A stretch of 64,000 nt of DNA from Candidatus Entotheonellaceae bacterium. Lineage in GTDB: Bacteria > Tectomicrobia > Entotheonellia > Entotheonellales > Entotheonellaceae. Positions within the stretch are counted from its first letter, which is position 1; each line of letters opens with the position of its first letter. The DNA is taken from positions 1,568,001 through 1,632,000 of the forward strand of contig OZ250173.1 in assembly GCA_965238075.1 (NCBI GenBank), read 5' to 3'. Position numbers and translations under genes: made by a program. Positions 29,090 through 37,917 of the stretch are shown here, in pieces. Under the pieces are notes generated by a model. That model made no database searches. It was given only the letters and a program-made list of their open reading frames with translations, and was not told the origin of the DNA.

Positions 29090-29164
29090 TGGGTTGCTCC
29101 CTGTGGATAAGGATGTGAAGAGAATGTTGACAACCGGTGTTTAACCAACATTTTCTTGCCCGTG

Positions 29165-29464
29165 CTATGTGACTTTGACACGTCACCCCGGCGACCTGTC
29201 CGGCATCGCGGAGCGCGCGGTCGGGCGTAGGGAGCGGCATCCGCAGCCGTATTGCGAGTTCGAGGTACATCGCGTCGTAGACGGAAAGCTTGTGGGCATG
29301 AGCGAGATCAAGCGCCGTACCCGAGGTTCGGGCTATGGGCAGGATCAATCCCGATGGGCAACGCTTGGAGGTGTGCTCGAATCTGCGGCCATTCGCCTGC
29401 TCGAGTCCGGCCCCGCCGGCGAAAGCCATGCCATGGTAACCGAGCAATCAAGAACGAGCGCCAT
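29165..29464 (-). pseudogene. vapC: VapC (PIN) toxin remnant
   Basis: MALVLDCSVTMAW start overlaps the antitoxin stop; fragments EWPQIRAHLQALPI and LSVYDAMYLELA..D.AL lie in different frames; middle section missing. Confidence 0.8.
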
Positions 29465-29706
29465 CAGTGCTTGCGTCCTTCCTCGATCATCCGGCGAACC
29501 GACAATCCCTCCAGACGATGCGTCTCCTGAAACGCTTTGAGACCAGCGATTGCCTCACGCACATTGTGGGAATTACACGGCTGAAACGGGATCAACTCGG
29601 CTACGGGATGACTGTGCCTGGTGATGACGAATCGCTCCCCTGCCTCTACGCGCTGGAGCAACGGTGGCAACTGAGTTTTGGCTTCGAGTGCACCGATTTC
29701 AGGCAT
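29464..29706 (-). CDS. Phd/YefM family antitoxin
   Basis: IGALEAKTQLP.LL.RVEAGE.FVITRH..PVAELIP ... MIEEGRK. Confidence 0.88.
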   Translation of the reverse strand: MPEIGALEAKTQLPPLLQRVEAGERFVITRHSHPVAELIPFQPCNSHNVREAIAGLKAFQETHRLEGLSVRRMIEEGRKH

Positions 29707-29889
29707 GGGATAAGCCGCCAGATTGTAGCCGAATCATGTTTGAACCAGATGCACACGCTAGTCTAATCATGCTGTGTGGTCAAGCGGCCGTCAGAACTGC
29801 GCCACATGGTCGAAACCGTGAAGCGTCCTTCGCCCGCGTTGTCCCCGAAACGAGCTTCGACGACCATCCCTCTCGCAGGCCGCCAGGGC

Positions 29890-31632
29890 TTAGGGCCCTA
29901 TTCGCCGGTACTCGACCAATGCGGACCGGCCTTCAATGTGGATGATGCGCGCATCTAATTCATTGGCATCGGCGTCCGTCAATCTCAGACGCTCACCGAA
30001 TGCGAAGCGCACCGGCTGTGCCTGGCCTTGGTTGATCACGACGTTGGAAGCGTACAGATACGTGCGTCCGTGACTGTCCAGGATCGGATTCAGTCTGCCG
30101 TTCAGCCCTGGGAGGTGCCCCGTCGCTTCGGGGAATATGACAGCGCCGCCGCCAGGGAGTTCTTCAAGATCGAGAGCGAGCCCGCGGTCGGCGGGGGTCC
30201 ATGCGCGCTCCACGCGAGCCGAAAAACCCATGGCGGCCACGAATACCGTCATGGGCAGATGGGTGGTGTGCAAGTCGAGTTGCGCCTCCCCGTACTCGTC
30301 GGTCGAAGCACGCTTCCACGTCTTGTTCGGGAAGAGCGCTAACATGTCAACCGCAGCCAAGGGTTTGCCTGCGCCGTATACGGCAACGGTGGCGCGTGCC
30401 GGACTCGGCTCCAGATTCGCGGCGGGAATGATGAGCAGGACCTCCGTTCCATCGATCAGCCGGTATTCGGGCAGCCTGCCGCAGAGTTCCTGGGTTTCGC
30501 GTTGGATGATCGGAACCCCGTCGCCACGACGCTCCATGAAAAACTGCCGGTCCTGGGAGCCTTGCGTCTGGCCGACCGGCATGCGTCCGAGAATCGAGGT
30601 CAATGCCTCGTTGCGGGTCGCCTGCCGCGCCGCCATGCTTTCTATGGTCAGATTGTTCGGCAAAGCGCCCGGAGACTGTATCTCCAGACGGTCATCGAAC
30701 ATCGACAGGCGGATTTTGCTGGCTCGAATCGAGTAGTCACGATGCACCACGGCATTGACCAGCGCCTCAAACAGCGCCTTGTCGCTGTATTGTGGCAGGT
30801 TGACGCGCGCCGGCTCCTTGCGCGCTGCAACCTGCATGTTTCGCACCGCAAAGGCTACCGCATCGGCAATTTGCCGGTTCAACGGACCGGTAATTTCCTG
30901 TGTGTCAATTTGACCGGAAGCCCGGTCTCTTCCCCGGTAGCGGGTTGCCGTAATGCAGGCGTTCGGGAGCCATTGCTCGGGATTTCGGGTGCACAGCAAC
31001 ACGCCAGCTACCGTGGCGCGTGGGGTGCCGGTCTCATCGGGCAACAGTAGGGCCAGCTTGCCTAGCGCTGATTCAGGCTCTGCGGCGCCCTCTGCGCTCA
31101 GCAGGGGCTTCCAAAGCGATTCGTCCAGCGTGTTGAATCCGGTTTGTGGGATGGTTTGTTCGTCGAATGACACGAATCTCGTCTGTCCACGTCGTTGCGC
31201 CAAACGCAGCCGCTCGTCACTCGTCATTTCTCGCTTCGATCCGCCGACGCGGATGTAGCTGCCGCCGGGGCTGTCGTGCTGCGCATCGCCCTGCGGGATC
31301 TCAACGACCAGGAAGCGTTTGCCATCCGGGGTTTGCCTGTGCTGGGTACGAATGCGAACGGCTGGCTTAATGGAGTCCGTACTGACCTCGACAAGGAAAG
31401 CATCGATCGCGACGAGTTGTTCACGCGACAAGTCCTGCACGCCGCCTGTATCTGTGACGCCGCAGAGCAGAACACCGCCCTCCGCATTGGCAAATGCGGC
31501 GATCTCATCCGCCAAATCGTTGCGGCTTGGACTTCTTGGACGAGTCCCGGAGAAGACGATTTCCTTGAACTCCCACCGGCTGTCCTCACCCAATTGCAGT
31601 TGAAGCACGATGTCTTCGTCACTGTATGTCAT
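29890..31632 (-). CDS. Schlafen/AlbA_2 domain + HATPase_c_4-like domain + unknown beta-rich C-terminal domain
   Basis: GEDSRWEFKE, AFANAEGG.LL.GVTD; EALVNAVVHRDY, RLEIQSPG, RN, MERRGDGV; about 170-aa tail without an obvious HTH. Confidence 0.85.
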   Translation of the reverse strand: MTYSDEDIVLQLQLGEDSRWEFKEIVFSGTRPRSPSRNDLADEIAAFANAEGGVLLCGVTDTGGVQDLSREQLVAIDAFLVEVSTDSIKPAVRIRTQHRQTPDGKRFLVVEIPQGDAQHDSPGGSYIRVGGSKREMTSDERLRLAQRRGQTRFVSFDEQTIPQTGFNTLDESLWKPLLSAEGAAEPESALGKLALLLPDETGTPRATVAGVLLCTRNPEQWLPNACITATRYRGRDRASGQIDTQEITGPLNRQIADAVAFAVRNMQVAARKEPARVNLPQYSDKALFEALVNAVVHRDYSIRASKIRLSMFDDRLEIQSPGALPNNLTIESMAARQATRNEALTSILGRMPVGQTQGSQDRQFFMERRGDGVPIIQRETQELCGRLPEYRLIDGTEVLLIIPAANLEPSPARATVAVYGAGKPLAAVDMLALFPNKTWKRASTDEYGEAQLDLHTTHLPMTVFVAAMGFSARVERAWTPADRGLALDLEELPGGGAVIFPEATGHLPGLNGRLNPILDSHGRTYLYASNVVINQGQAQPVRFAFGERLRLTDADANELDARIIHIEGRSALVEYRRIGP

Positions 31633-31677
31633 GGATTGCTCCCGAATCCGAGCGCCATGCGTCGCCCTTCTCACAGA

Positions 31678-32016
31678 TCAATACAGCAGAAGCCTCCAGA
31701 CACCGTTCAGCACCGTCAAGGCCACGGCGCCGATCAGCGTGGTGGTCAGGCTCTCGATTTCAAACCCCTCAAGCAGCTTGTCGGTGAGGAACAGCACAAA
31801 GGCGTTGATCACGAAGACGAACAGGCCGAAGGTGAGCAGCATCGGGATGAAGGCGATGAAGCCGAGAATGCCCGACAGCAGGGTTTGCAGCACGCCGTAG
31901 ACGACGGCGGCGAGCACGGCGTGTCCGAAATTTCGGAAGTGGAAGCCCGGCAGGAACCTTGCAATGGCAGTGAGCGAACCGGCGGACAGAAGCAGGTAAA
32001 TGAGCCAGCGTATCAT
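31678..32016 (-). CDS. 4-TM phage holin family (superfamily IV/YvlD-like) membrane protein
   Basis: LPGF..F..A.LAA, P..LLTFGLF.FVINA.VL, GFEI.S. Confidence 0.8.
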   Translation of the reverse strand: MIRWLIYLLLSAGSLTAIARFLPGFHFRNFGHAVLAAVVYGVLQTLLSGILGFIAFIPMLLTFGLFVFVINAFVLFLTDKLLEGFEIESLTTTLIGAVALTVLNGVWRLLLY

Positions 32017-32247
32017 CCTCAACTCCCGCGGCGAGGGGTGGATATCGGCGAAGCGATTCGACGTTGTAAGCCCGCATCGTCCCGGCGGTCAAGACCAAAC
32101 CCACCGGCGCGGGGCTTGACGGGCGGCGGCGTTGGCACTTCTCACGGCTGCCGACTTATAATAGACTCTACCGTATCATCATGCCTCAGCAACGCGCCCG
32201 TCCGGTCCTTGGCGCGCGTTTAACCCTTCGATAACGGAATCCATACT

Positions 32248-33516
32248 GTGGCACAAGAAGGCATGTCTGTGGAAGCGCAGGTTGACCTGCTGATGCGCGG
32301 CACCCGCTTCGCCGACGAGGCCGATTACTGGGGCGCCGAGAGGCCCGAGGGCGGCGAGTTGCGGGGCCGCATGCATTCCGAGCTGCGCGACAAGCTGCGG
32401 CTTGGGCGGCCGTTGCGCGTTTATCTGGGCGTCGATCCCACCAGCACCGAACTCCACGTCGGGCACTTCGTCCCCCTGCAAAAGCTGCGCAGGTTCCAGG
32501 ACCAGGGCCACCAGGTGGTCTTTCTGATCGGCGATTACACCGCCACCATCGGCGACCCCAGCGAGCAGACGAGCGAGCGCAAGCGCCTGACGCACGAGCA
32601 CGTGCTGGAGCTGGCCGGCAGCTATACCGAGCAGGCCTACCGCATCCTGGACCCCTCCAGGACCGAGGTGCGTTACAACGGCGATTGGCTGGGGAAGCTC
32701 TCCTTTGCCGACATCATCGAGCTGGCCAGCATCTTTCCGATGAAGCAGATCGTCGCCCGCCGGGATTTCCAGCGTCGCATGGAGCAGGGCGAGTCGCTGC
32801 GCTTCCACGAATCGCTGTACGCGCTGATGCAGGGCTACGACGCCTACATGCTGAAGTGCGACGTGCAGGTAGGCGGCTACGACCAGCATTTCAACATGCT
32901 GGCCGGGCGCGCGATTCAGGAGCACTTTGGCGATAAGCCGCACGTCATGCTGACCAATCCGCTGCTCATCGGCACCGACGGGCGCAAGATGTCGAAGAGT
33001 TACGGCAACGTCATCAACGTGCACGACGCGCCGTTCGACATGTACGGCAAGACGATGCGCATGGCCGACGCGCACATTCCGGCATACCTGGAACTCGCCA
33101 GCTCGCTGGACGCCGATGACATCGACACCGAGGTGCAGCAACTGCAGGACGGCGCCAACCCGATGGAGGTAAAGAAGCGGCTGGCTTTCGACCTGGTGCG
33201 GCAGTATCACGGCGAGGCAGCGGCGGGCGAGGCAGCGGAAACGTTCCGGCGTGTCGTGCAGCGCCAGCAAGCGCCGGACGAGGTGCCGGAAGTGATCGTG
33301 CCGCCGCATCTGTTGGGGGCGACGTGGGTCGACCTGTGCGCCGGCCTCAAGTTGAGCCCGTCGAAAGCCGAAGCGCGCCGCCTGATGCGCCAAGGCGGCT
33401 TTTACATTGAACAGACGCCGGTGAAGGATACCGAGGCCCGCGCGGAGGTGCCGCCGGCGGGCATCCTGGTGCGGCTGGGCAAGCGGCGCTACTACCGCCT
33501 GCTGCCCGGTGCCTGA
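32248..33516 (+). CDS. tyrS: Tyrosine--tRNA ligase
   Basis: YLGVDPT..ELHVGH, Y.LMQGYD, GG.DQ.FN, KMSKS, C-terminal S4-like domain. Confidence 0.95.
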   Translation: MAQEGMSVEAQVDLLMRGTRFADEADYWGAERPEGGELRGRMHSELRDKLRLGRPLRVYLGVDPTSTELHVGHFVPLQKLRRFQDQGHQVVFLIGDYTATIGDPSEQTSERKRLTHEHVLELAGSYTEQAYRILDPSRTEVRYNGDWLGKLSFADIIELASIFPMKQIVARRDFQRRMEQGESLRFHESLYALMQGYDAYMLKCDVQVGGYDQHFNMLAGRAIQEHFGDKPHVMLTNPLLIGTDGRKMSKSYGNVINVHDAPFDMYGKTMRMADAHIPAYLELASSLDADDIDTEVQQLQDGANPMEVKKRLAFDLVRQYHGEAAAGEAAETFRRVVQRQQAPDEVPEVIVPPHLLGATWVDLCAGLKLSPSKAEARRLMRQGGFYIEQTPVKDTEARAEVPPAGILVRLGKRRYYRLLPGA

Positions 33517-33615
33517 GCCCGGTACAGGCGAGCATTTCCCCTTGGTAAGCAGGGGGCCATTTTCCGGTTAGGCCGCTTCGCGCGGTTTGTGTGTGTTTTT
33601 GGAGGAGAAAAAGAC

Positions 33616-34416
33616 GTGGATATTATTGTCACCCTCAAGCAGGTGCCGGACCCGGAGGCGCCGAAGGAGACCTTTCGGATTGACGAGTCGGCGATGAAGA
33701 TCGTCAATCCGCCCAATATCGATCCGGTCATTAACGGGTATGACGAAAACGCCATCGAGGCGGCGCTGCAGCTCAAAGAGGCCGCCGGCGGCAAGGTGGT
33801 CGCGGTGTCGATGGGCGAGGCGAGCGCGAACCGCGCCCTCAAGCAGGCGATGGCGATGGGGGTGGACGAGGGTATTCTGCTGCAGGATGAATCGTTTGCG
33901 GGCGCCGACGCCGCCTCGACGGCTTACGTACTGGCGCGGGCTATCGAGAAGATCGGCTCGTACGGGCTGATCCTGTGCGGTCGCCAGGCGTCGGATTGGG
34001 ACCAGTCGCAGGTGCCTTCCGGCATTGCCGAGCTGCTCGGACTGCCGAGCGTGACCGCCGTGCAGAAGGTGGCGTTGCAAGACGATGCGGTGCGGGTCGA
34101 GCGCATCCTCGAGGACGGCTACGAGGTGCTGGATATTCGCGGGCCGTGCGTGGTGACGGTGAGCAATGAGGCCAACAAGCCGCGTTACCCGACGCTGAAG
34201 GGCATCATGACGGCGGGCAAGAAGCAGGTTCCGGTCTGGGATGCGGCGGCGTTGGGCGTCGATGCGGCACAGGTCGGCAACGCCGGGGCGCTGACCCGCG
34301 TCAGCAAGCTGTACGTGCCGAGTTTCGACGGCGACTGCGAATTCATCGCCGGCGAGACGCCGGAGGAGATGGGCGCGAATCTGGCCCTGCGCTTGCGGGA
34401 GTTGAAGATCATCTAA
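33616..34416 (+). CDS. etfB: Electron transfer flavoprotein beta subunit
   Basis: GTG start after GGAGG; IIV.LKQVPD, D.NAIEAALQLKE, LCGRQASD.D, PRYPTLKGIM. Confidence 0.93.
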   Translation: MDIIVTLKQVPDPEAPKETFRIDESAMKIVNPPNIDPVINGYDENAIEAALQLKEAAGGKVVAVSMGEASANRALKQAMAMGVDEGILLQDESFAGADAASTAYVLARAIEKIGSYGLILCGRQASDWDQSQVPSGIAELLGLPSVTAVQKVALQDDAVRVERILEDGYEVLDIRGPCVVTVSNEANKPRYPTLKGIMTAGKKQVPVWDAAALGVDAAQVGNAGALTRVSKLYVPSFDGDCEFIAGETPEEMGANLALRLRELKII

Positions 34417-34459
34417 ACACCGGAACGCCTCATAGAATTGAACGATGGAGGATAGCAGC

Positions 34460-35455
34460 ATGACCCAGGGCGTAATGATTTTCGCGGAAACGAGCGGCGC
34501 CGCGCTGGCGCCGATTGCCAAGGAGATGTGCGGCGTCGGACGCCGCCTTGCCGATGCGCTCGGTGAGCCACTGGTCGCCGCGGTGGTCGGCTGCGGCGTC
34601 GGCGACATGGCCCAGGAAGCCATCGCGCACGGCGCCGACCGCGTTTACCTGGCGGACGCCGACGTGCTGCAGACCTACCAGACGGCGTCGTATTGCACGG
34701 TGGTGGGACAGATTGCCGAGCAGGCGGAGCCGGAAGTTTTGCTGGTGGGGATGAGCGACAACGGCCGCGACCTCGGCCCGCGGCTGGCGTTCCGGCTGCG
34801 CACCGGGCTGGCCTCGGATTGCGTCGACTTGGCCATCAACGCCGAGACACGCCTGCTGGAAGCGACCCGTCCGGTGTCGGGCGGCAATGCCATGGCGACC
34901 GTGGTGATCGAGAAGACGCGGCCGCAGATGGCCACGGTGCGCGCCAAGACGATGCCGGCCGCCGAACCGGACACTGGGCGGCAGGGCGAGGTCATCGCCG
35001 TTGACGTTTCGCTGGACGCCGCCTCGCTGCCGGTAACCGTCGTTGAGCGCGTCAAGGCCGAATCCGAAGGCGTGCGGCTGGAAGACGCCGACATCGTCAT
35101 CTCCGGCGGACGCGGCTTGAAGGGGCCGGACGATTTCTACGCCATCCTGGAACCCTGCGCCAAAGCGCTCGGCGGCACCATCGGCGCCTCGCGCGCGGCG
35201 GTGGACGAGGGCTGGGTGCCCACACAACTGCAGGTGGGGCTGACCGGCAAGATCGTCAGCCCGAAGCTGTACGTCGCCTGCGCCATCTCCGGCGCGGCGC
35301 AGCACATGGCGGGCTGCGGCTATTCGAAAACTATCGTGGCGGTGAACCGCGACCCCGACGCCCCGATCTACCAGCGCGCCAATATCGGCATCGTGGGCGA
35401 TTACAAGAAAGTCATCCCGGCCTTCCAGGCCAAATGCGCCGAGCTGCTTGGCTAG
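34460..35455 (+). CDS. etfA: Electron transfer flavoprotein alpha subunit
   Basis: [36 protein letters not shown]. Confidence 0.95.
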   Translation: MTQGVMIFAETSGAALAPIAKEMCGVGRRLADALGEPLVAAVVGCGVGDMAQEAIAHGADRVYLADADVLQTYQTASYCTVVGQIAEQAEPEVLLVGMSDNGRDLGPRLAFRLRTGLASDCVDLAINAETRLLEATRPVSGGNAMATVVIEKTRPQMATVRAKTMPAAEPDTGRQGEVIAVDVSLDAASLPVTVVERVKAESEGVRLEDADIVISGGRGLKGPDDFYAILEPCAKALGGTIGASRAAVDEGWVPTQLQVGLTGKIVSPKLYVACAISGAAQHMAGCGYSKTIVAVNRDPDAPIYQRANIGIVGDYKKVIPAFQAKCAELLG

Positions 35456-35565
35456 CGCCGGTCTTGCCGGCGCGCCCGAACCTTCCCGCCTCGCCGGGCG
35501 TGCCGGCGGATTGCAGTCCGTCCCGTCAACACACCCTTCCGAGAACACCGCAAAGGAGACCTATC

Positions 35566-36048
35566 ATGACCGTAGAGGAAATCGCCAAGCGATTGCTGGC
35601 TCAGAGCAGACGGGTGTCGGTGGCGGAAGCCGATACCTGTGGACTGGTCGGCTATCTGCTGAGCACGGTGCCGGGCAGCTCGAAGTACTTTCCCGGCGGC
35701 GTTATTGCCTACACCGGTGGCCTCAAGCAGAGCATCCTGGGCGTGCCCGACGACCTGTACGCCGCCAAGGGCAGCGTCAGTCCCGAGGTGGCGAGCGCCA
35801 TGGCCAGGGGCGTGCGCGATCTGACGGGCACCGACTACGGCCTGTCGGTGACGGGGGTGGCCGGTCCGGCTGGCGGCCAGCCCGGCGTGCCCATCGGCAC
35901 CTTTTATGTGGCGGTGGCCGGCCCCGACGGCCTTGACGTAGCGGAGCGCATTCAGGCGGACGCAGCCGACCGCGACGGCAATAAGCATCAGGCGGCGCAG
36001 GCCGTCCTGGATTTGCTCGGCCGCCATCTGCCGGCGGCCTCTGGCTAG
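35566..36048 (+). CDS. CinA C-terminal/PncC family protein
   Basis: PGSSKYF.GG..AY, G.VS.EVA.AMA.G, SVTGVAGP.GG. Confidence 0.85.
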   Translation: MTVEEIAKRLLAQSRRVSVAEADTCGLVGYLLSTVPGSSKYFPGGVIAYTGGLKQSILGVPDDLYAAKGSVSPEVASAMARGVRDLTGTDYGLSVTGVAGPAGGQPGVPIGTFYVAVAGPDGLDVAERIQADAADRDGNKHQAAQAVLDLLGRHLPAASG

Positions 36049-36130
36049 AGCATTTCCGTGGCCCTCTGCCTGGGCGGAGAAACCGCTACTCCCTCTCCCC
36101 TGGCGGGAGAAGGTTGGGGTGAGGGGGAAG
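36045..36130 (-). mobile_element. Partial MITE copy at the cinA stop codon
   Basis: Begins ctagagcatttccg (terminal IR); contains actccctctcccc..gggagaaggttggggtgagggggaag. Confidence 0.65.
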
Positions 36131-36155
36131 TCGCGCCCGCCCTTGTCGGTTCCGG

Positions 36156-36497
36156 CTACCAGTTCACCAGATGCGGCTTTTGCTGCCGCCAGCCGGCGTC
36201 GGACGGGAAGACGGTGGTCAGCGGAATGGCCTGCGTGTCGCCGTCGAACCAGTCCTGCACGGTCTCCCGCCATTTGATGTAGTGGGGCGCGTTGCGGTGG
36301 GCAGTCATGTGGTCGTCCTGCGTTTCGTACACCTCATACAGATAGAACGTATTGGGGTTGGACGGGCTCTGGTGAATGTCGAACCGCAGGCAGCCGGGCT
36401 CATCGCGCACCGACCCCTGGGCGTCCCCCAGGCTGGCCTCCTTGAACTGCTCTGAAAATCCCGGCTTGATCTTAATGGTCACGAAGATGGCGTACAT
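36156..36497 (-). CDS. ABM/LsrG-like cofactor-free monooxygenase/isomerase
   Basis: S..DEPGCLRFDI, FYLYEVY, AH...PHY..W. Confidence 0.85.
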   Translation of the reverse strand: MYAIFVTIKIKPGFSEQFKEASLGDAQGSVRDEPGCLRFDIHQSPSNPNTFYLYEVYETQDDHMTAHRNAPHYIKWRETVQDWFDGDTQAIPLTTVFPSDAGWRQQKPHLVNW

Positions 36498-36646
36498 GGC
36501 TGGTCCCTTCTTTCTCTGTGGCGCGGTTAACCGGCTGGTTGAAACCCGGTGTTGCGGTGGTGTGAAGCCGTTGAGCGGCTGGCCATTATAGGGAGGGCCC
36601 GGTGCCCGGACAAGCGACGGCGTGGACTTGCCCCCAAGAAGAGGGA

Positions 36647-37684
36647 CTACTCGACTCCCTCCGCCTCGAAGAGCTTGACAATCTCGTCGCGCGCGAAGCT
36701 TGGCAATTGCCGTGTGGCTTCCTGGCTACATAAGAACAAGCCTTCGTCGGGCGTTACGACCCTGCCGATGTCATAGCAGACGATGCCTGCGGCGCCGCAG
36801 GCTTGTACGGCCCTGGCGGCTTGCGCCGCCGGCACAGTAGCCAGCAGGGCGCCGGAGGCGATAACGCCCAAGGGATCGAGCCCGAAGGCGCTGCAGAGCG
36901 CCCGGCCTTCCGGCAGCAGCGGCAGTCGCTCGGCTTGCAGACGCAGCCCGACGCTGGAAGCGCTGGCTAACTCCCGCAGGCCGGTCGCCACGCCGCCTTC
37001 GGTCGGGTCGTGCATGGCGTGCACCTCAACCGCCTGTTGCAGCACCGCGGCGTCCCTGACCACGCTGATTCCCGGATCGAACAACAGCCCCTGCCAGCGG
37101 GCGATGTCGTGCGCCGCGAAGCCCTGAGCGGCCAATTGCGCCGCCCGTTCGCGGGCAATGATGGCGCTGCCCTCCAACGGATAGCCTTTGGTGAGCAGGA
37201 CGGCGTCGCCGACTTGCGCCCCGGCGCTGGTGACCAAGTCTTGGCGCGTCGTCTCCCCCAGCATGTGGCCGCAGACGAGCGGGCGGTCCAGTCCCAGCGT
37301 GATCTCCGTATGCCCGCCGACGAGCGTCACCTGCAGAGCCCGGCACGCCTCGCGTATCTGCGCAAAAATGTCCCGCACCAAGTCCGGGGTGGTGCCCTTT
37401 TCCGGCAGCAGCAGGGTGGCCAGGAACCAGCGCGGCGTGCCGCCCATGCTGGCGATGTCGTTGGCGTTGACGTTGACGGCGTAATAGCCGATGGCGTCCG
37501 TGGCGAAGGTAATCGGGTCGGACTTGGCGATCAGCAGCCGATCGCCAAAGTCGATCACCGCGGCGTCCTCGCCGGGGCGCGGGCCGATGAGCAGCCGCGG
37601 GTCGGCGGGCGTTTCCTGCTGCTGCAAGAGCTCTTCCAGCAGCGCTGCGGGAAGCTTGCCGGGTGGGAGAATTGGCTGCGCCAT
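36647..37684 (-). CDS. AIR synthase-related (HypE/ThiL/PurM superfamily) protein
   Basis: GKLP, GEDAAVID, SDPITFA, NANDIA, GGHTE, MHDPTEGG. Confidence 0.85.
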   Translation of the reverse strand: MAQPILPPGKLPAALLEELLQQQETPADPRLLIGPRPGEDAAVIDFGDRLLIAKSDPITFATDAIGYYAVNVNANDIASMGGTPRWFLATLLLPEKGTTPDLVRDIFAQIREACRALQVTLVGGHTEITLGLDRPLVCGHMLGETTRQDLVTSAGAQVGDAVLLTKGYPLEGSAIIARERAAQLAAQGFAAHDIARWQGLLFDPGISVVRDAAVLQQAVEVHAMHDPTEGGVATGLRELASASSVGLRLQAERLPLLPEGRALCSAFGLDPLGVIASGALLATVPAAQAARAVQACGAAGIVCYDIGRVVTPDEGLFLCSQEATRQLPSFARDEIVKLFEAEGVE

Positions 37685-37791
37685 GACTCTTCTTTCTCTG
37701 TGCGGAATGATACGACCGGCCCGCCGCAAGCCAGCTGCCGTCTCTCGGTGCGTCGTACTTAAACACGCGCCGGGTTACAGGGCAAGCTTGC

Positions 37792-37821
37792 TTGCACTCG
37801 TCGCGGCGATGCTGGTATAAA
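37792..37821 (+). promoter_or_regulatory. Candidate sigma70 promoter of leuS
   Basis: TTGCAC-N18-TATAAA with an extended -10 TG. Confidence 0.45.
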
Positions 37822-37917
37822 GGGCGCGCCAACCACGCCTATCTTGATGAATTCCCTACTTAAAACTATCGGTTAACGAAGCCCGGCGAGCGCCGGGGCC
37901 ATGAGGTGCAACGAGTA

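Noticed and set aside
31678-32016. Prophage
   Set aside because: No integrase, structural or lysin genes; this holin-like family is common in chromosomes.
32020-32247. T-box leader for tyrS (also considered for leuS and proS)
   Set aside because: No T-box consensus or terminator/antiterminator recognised.
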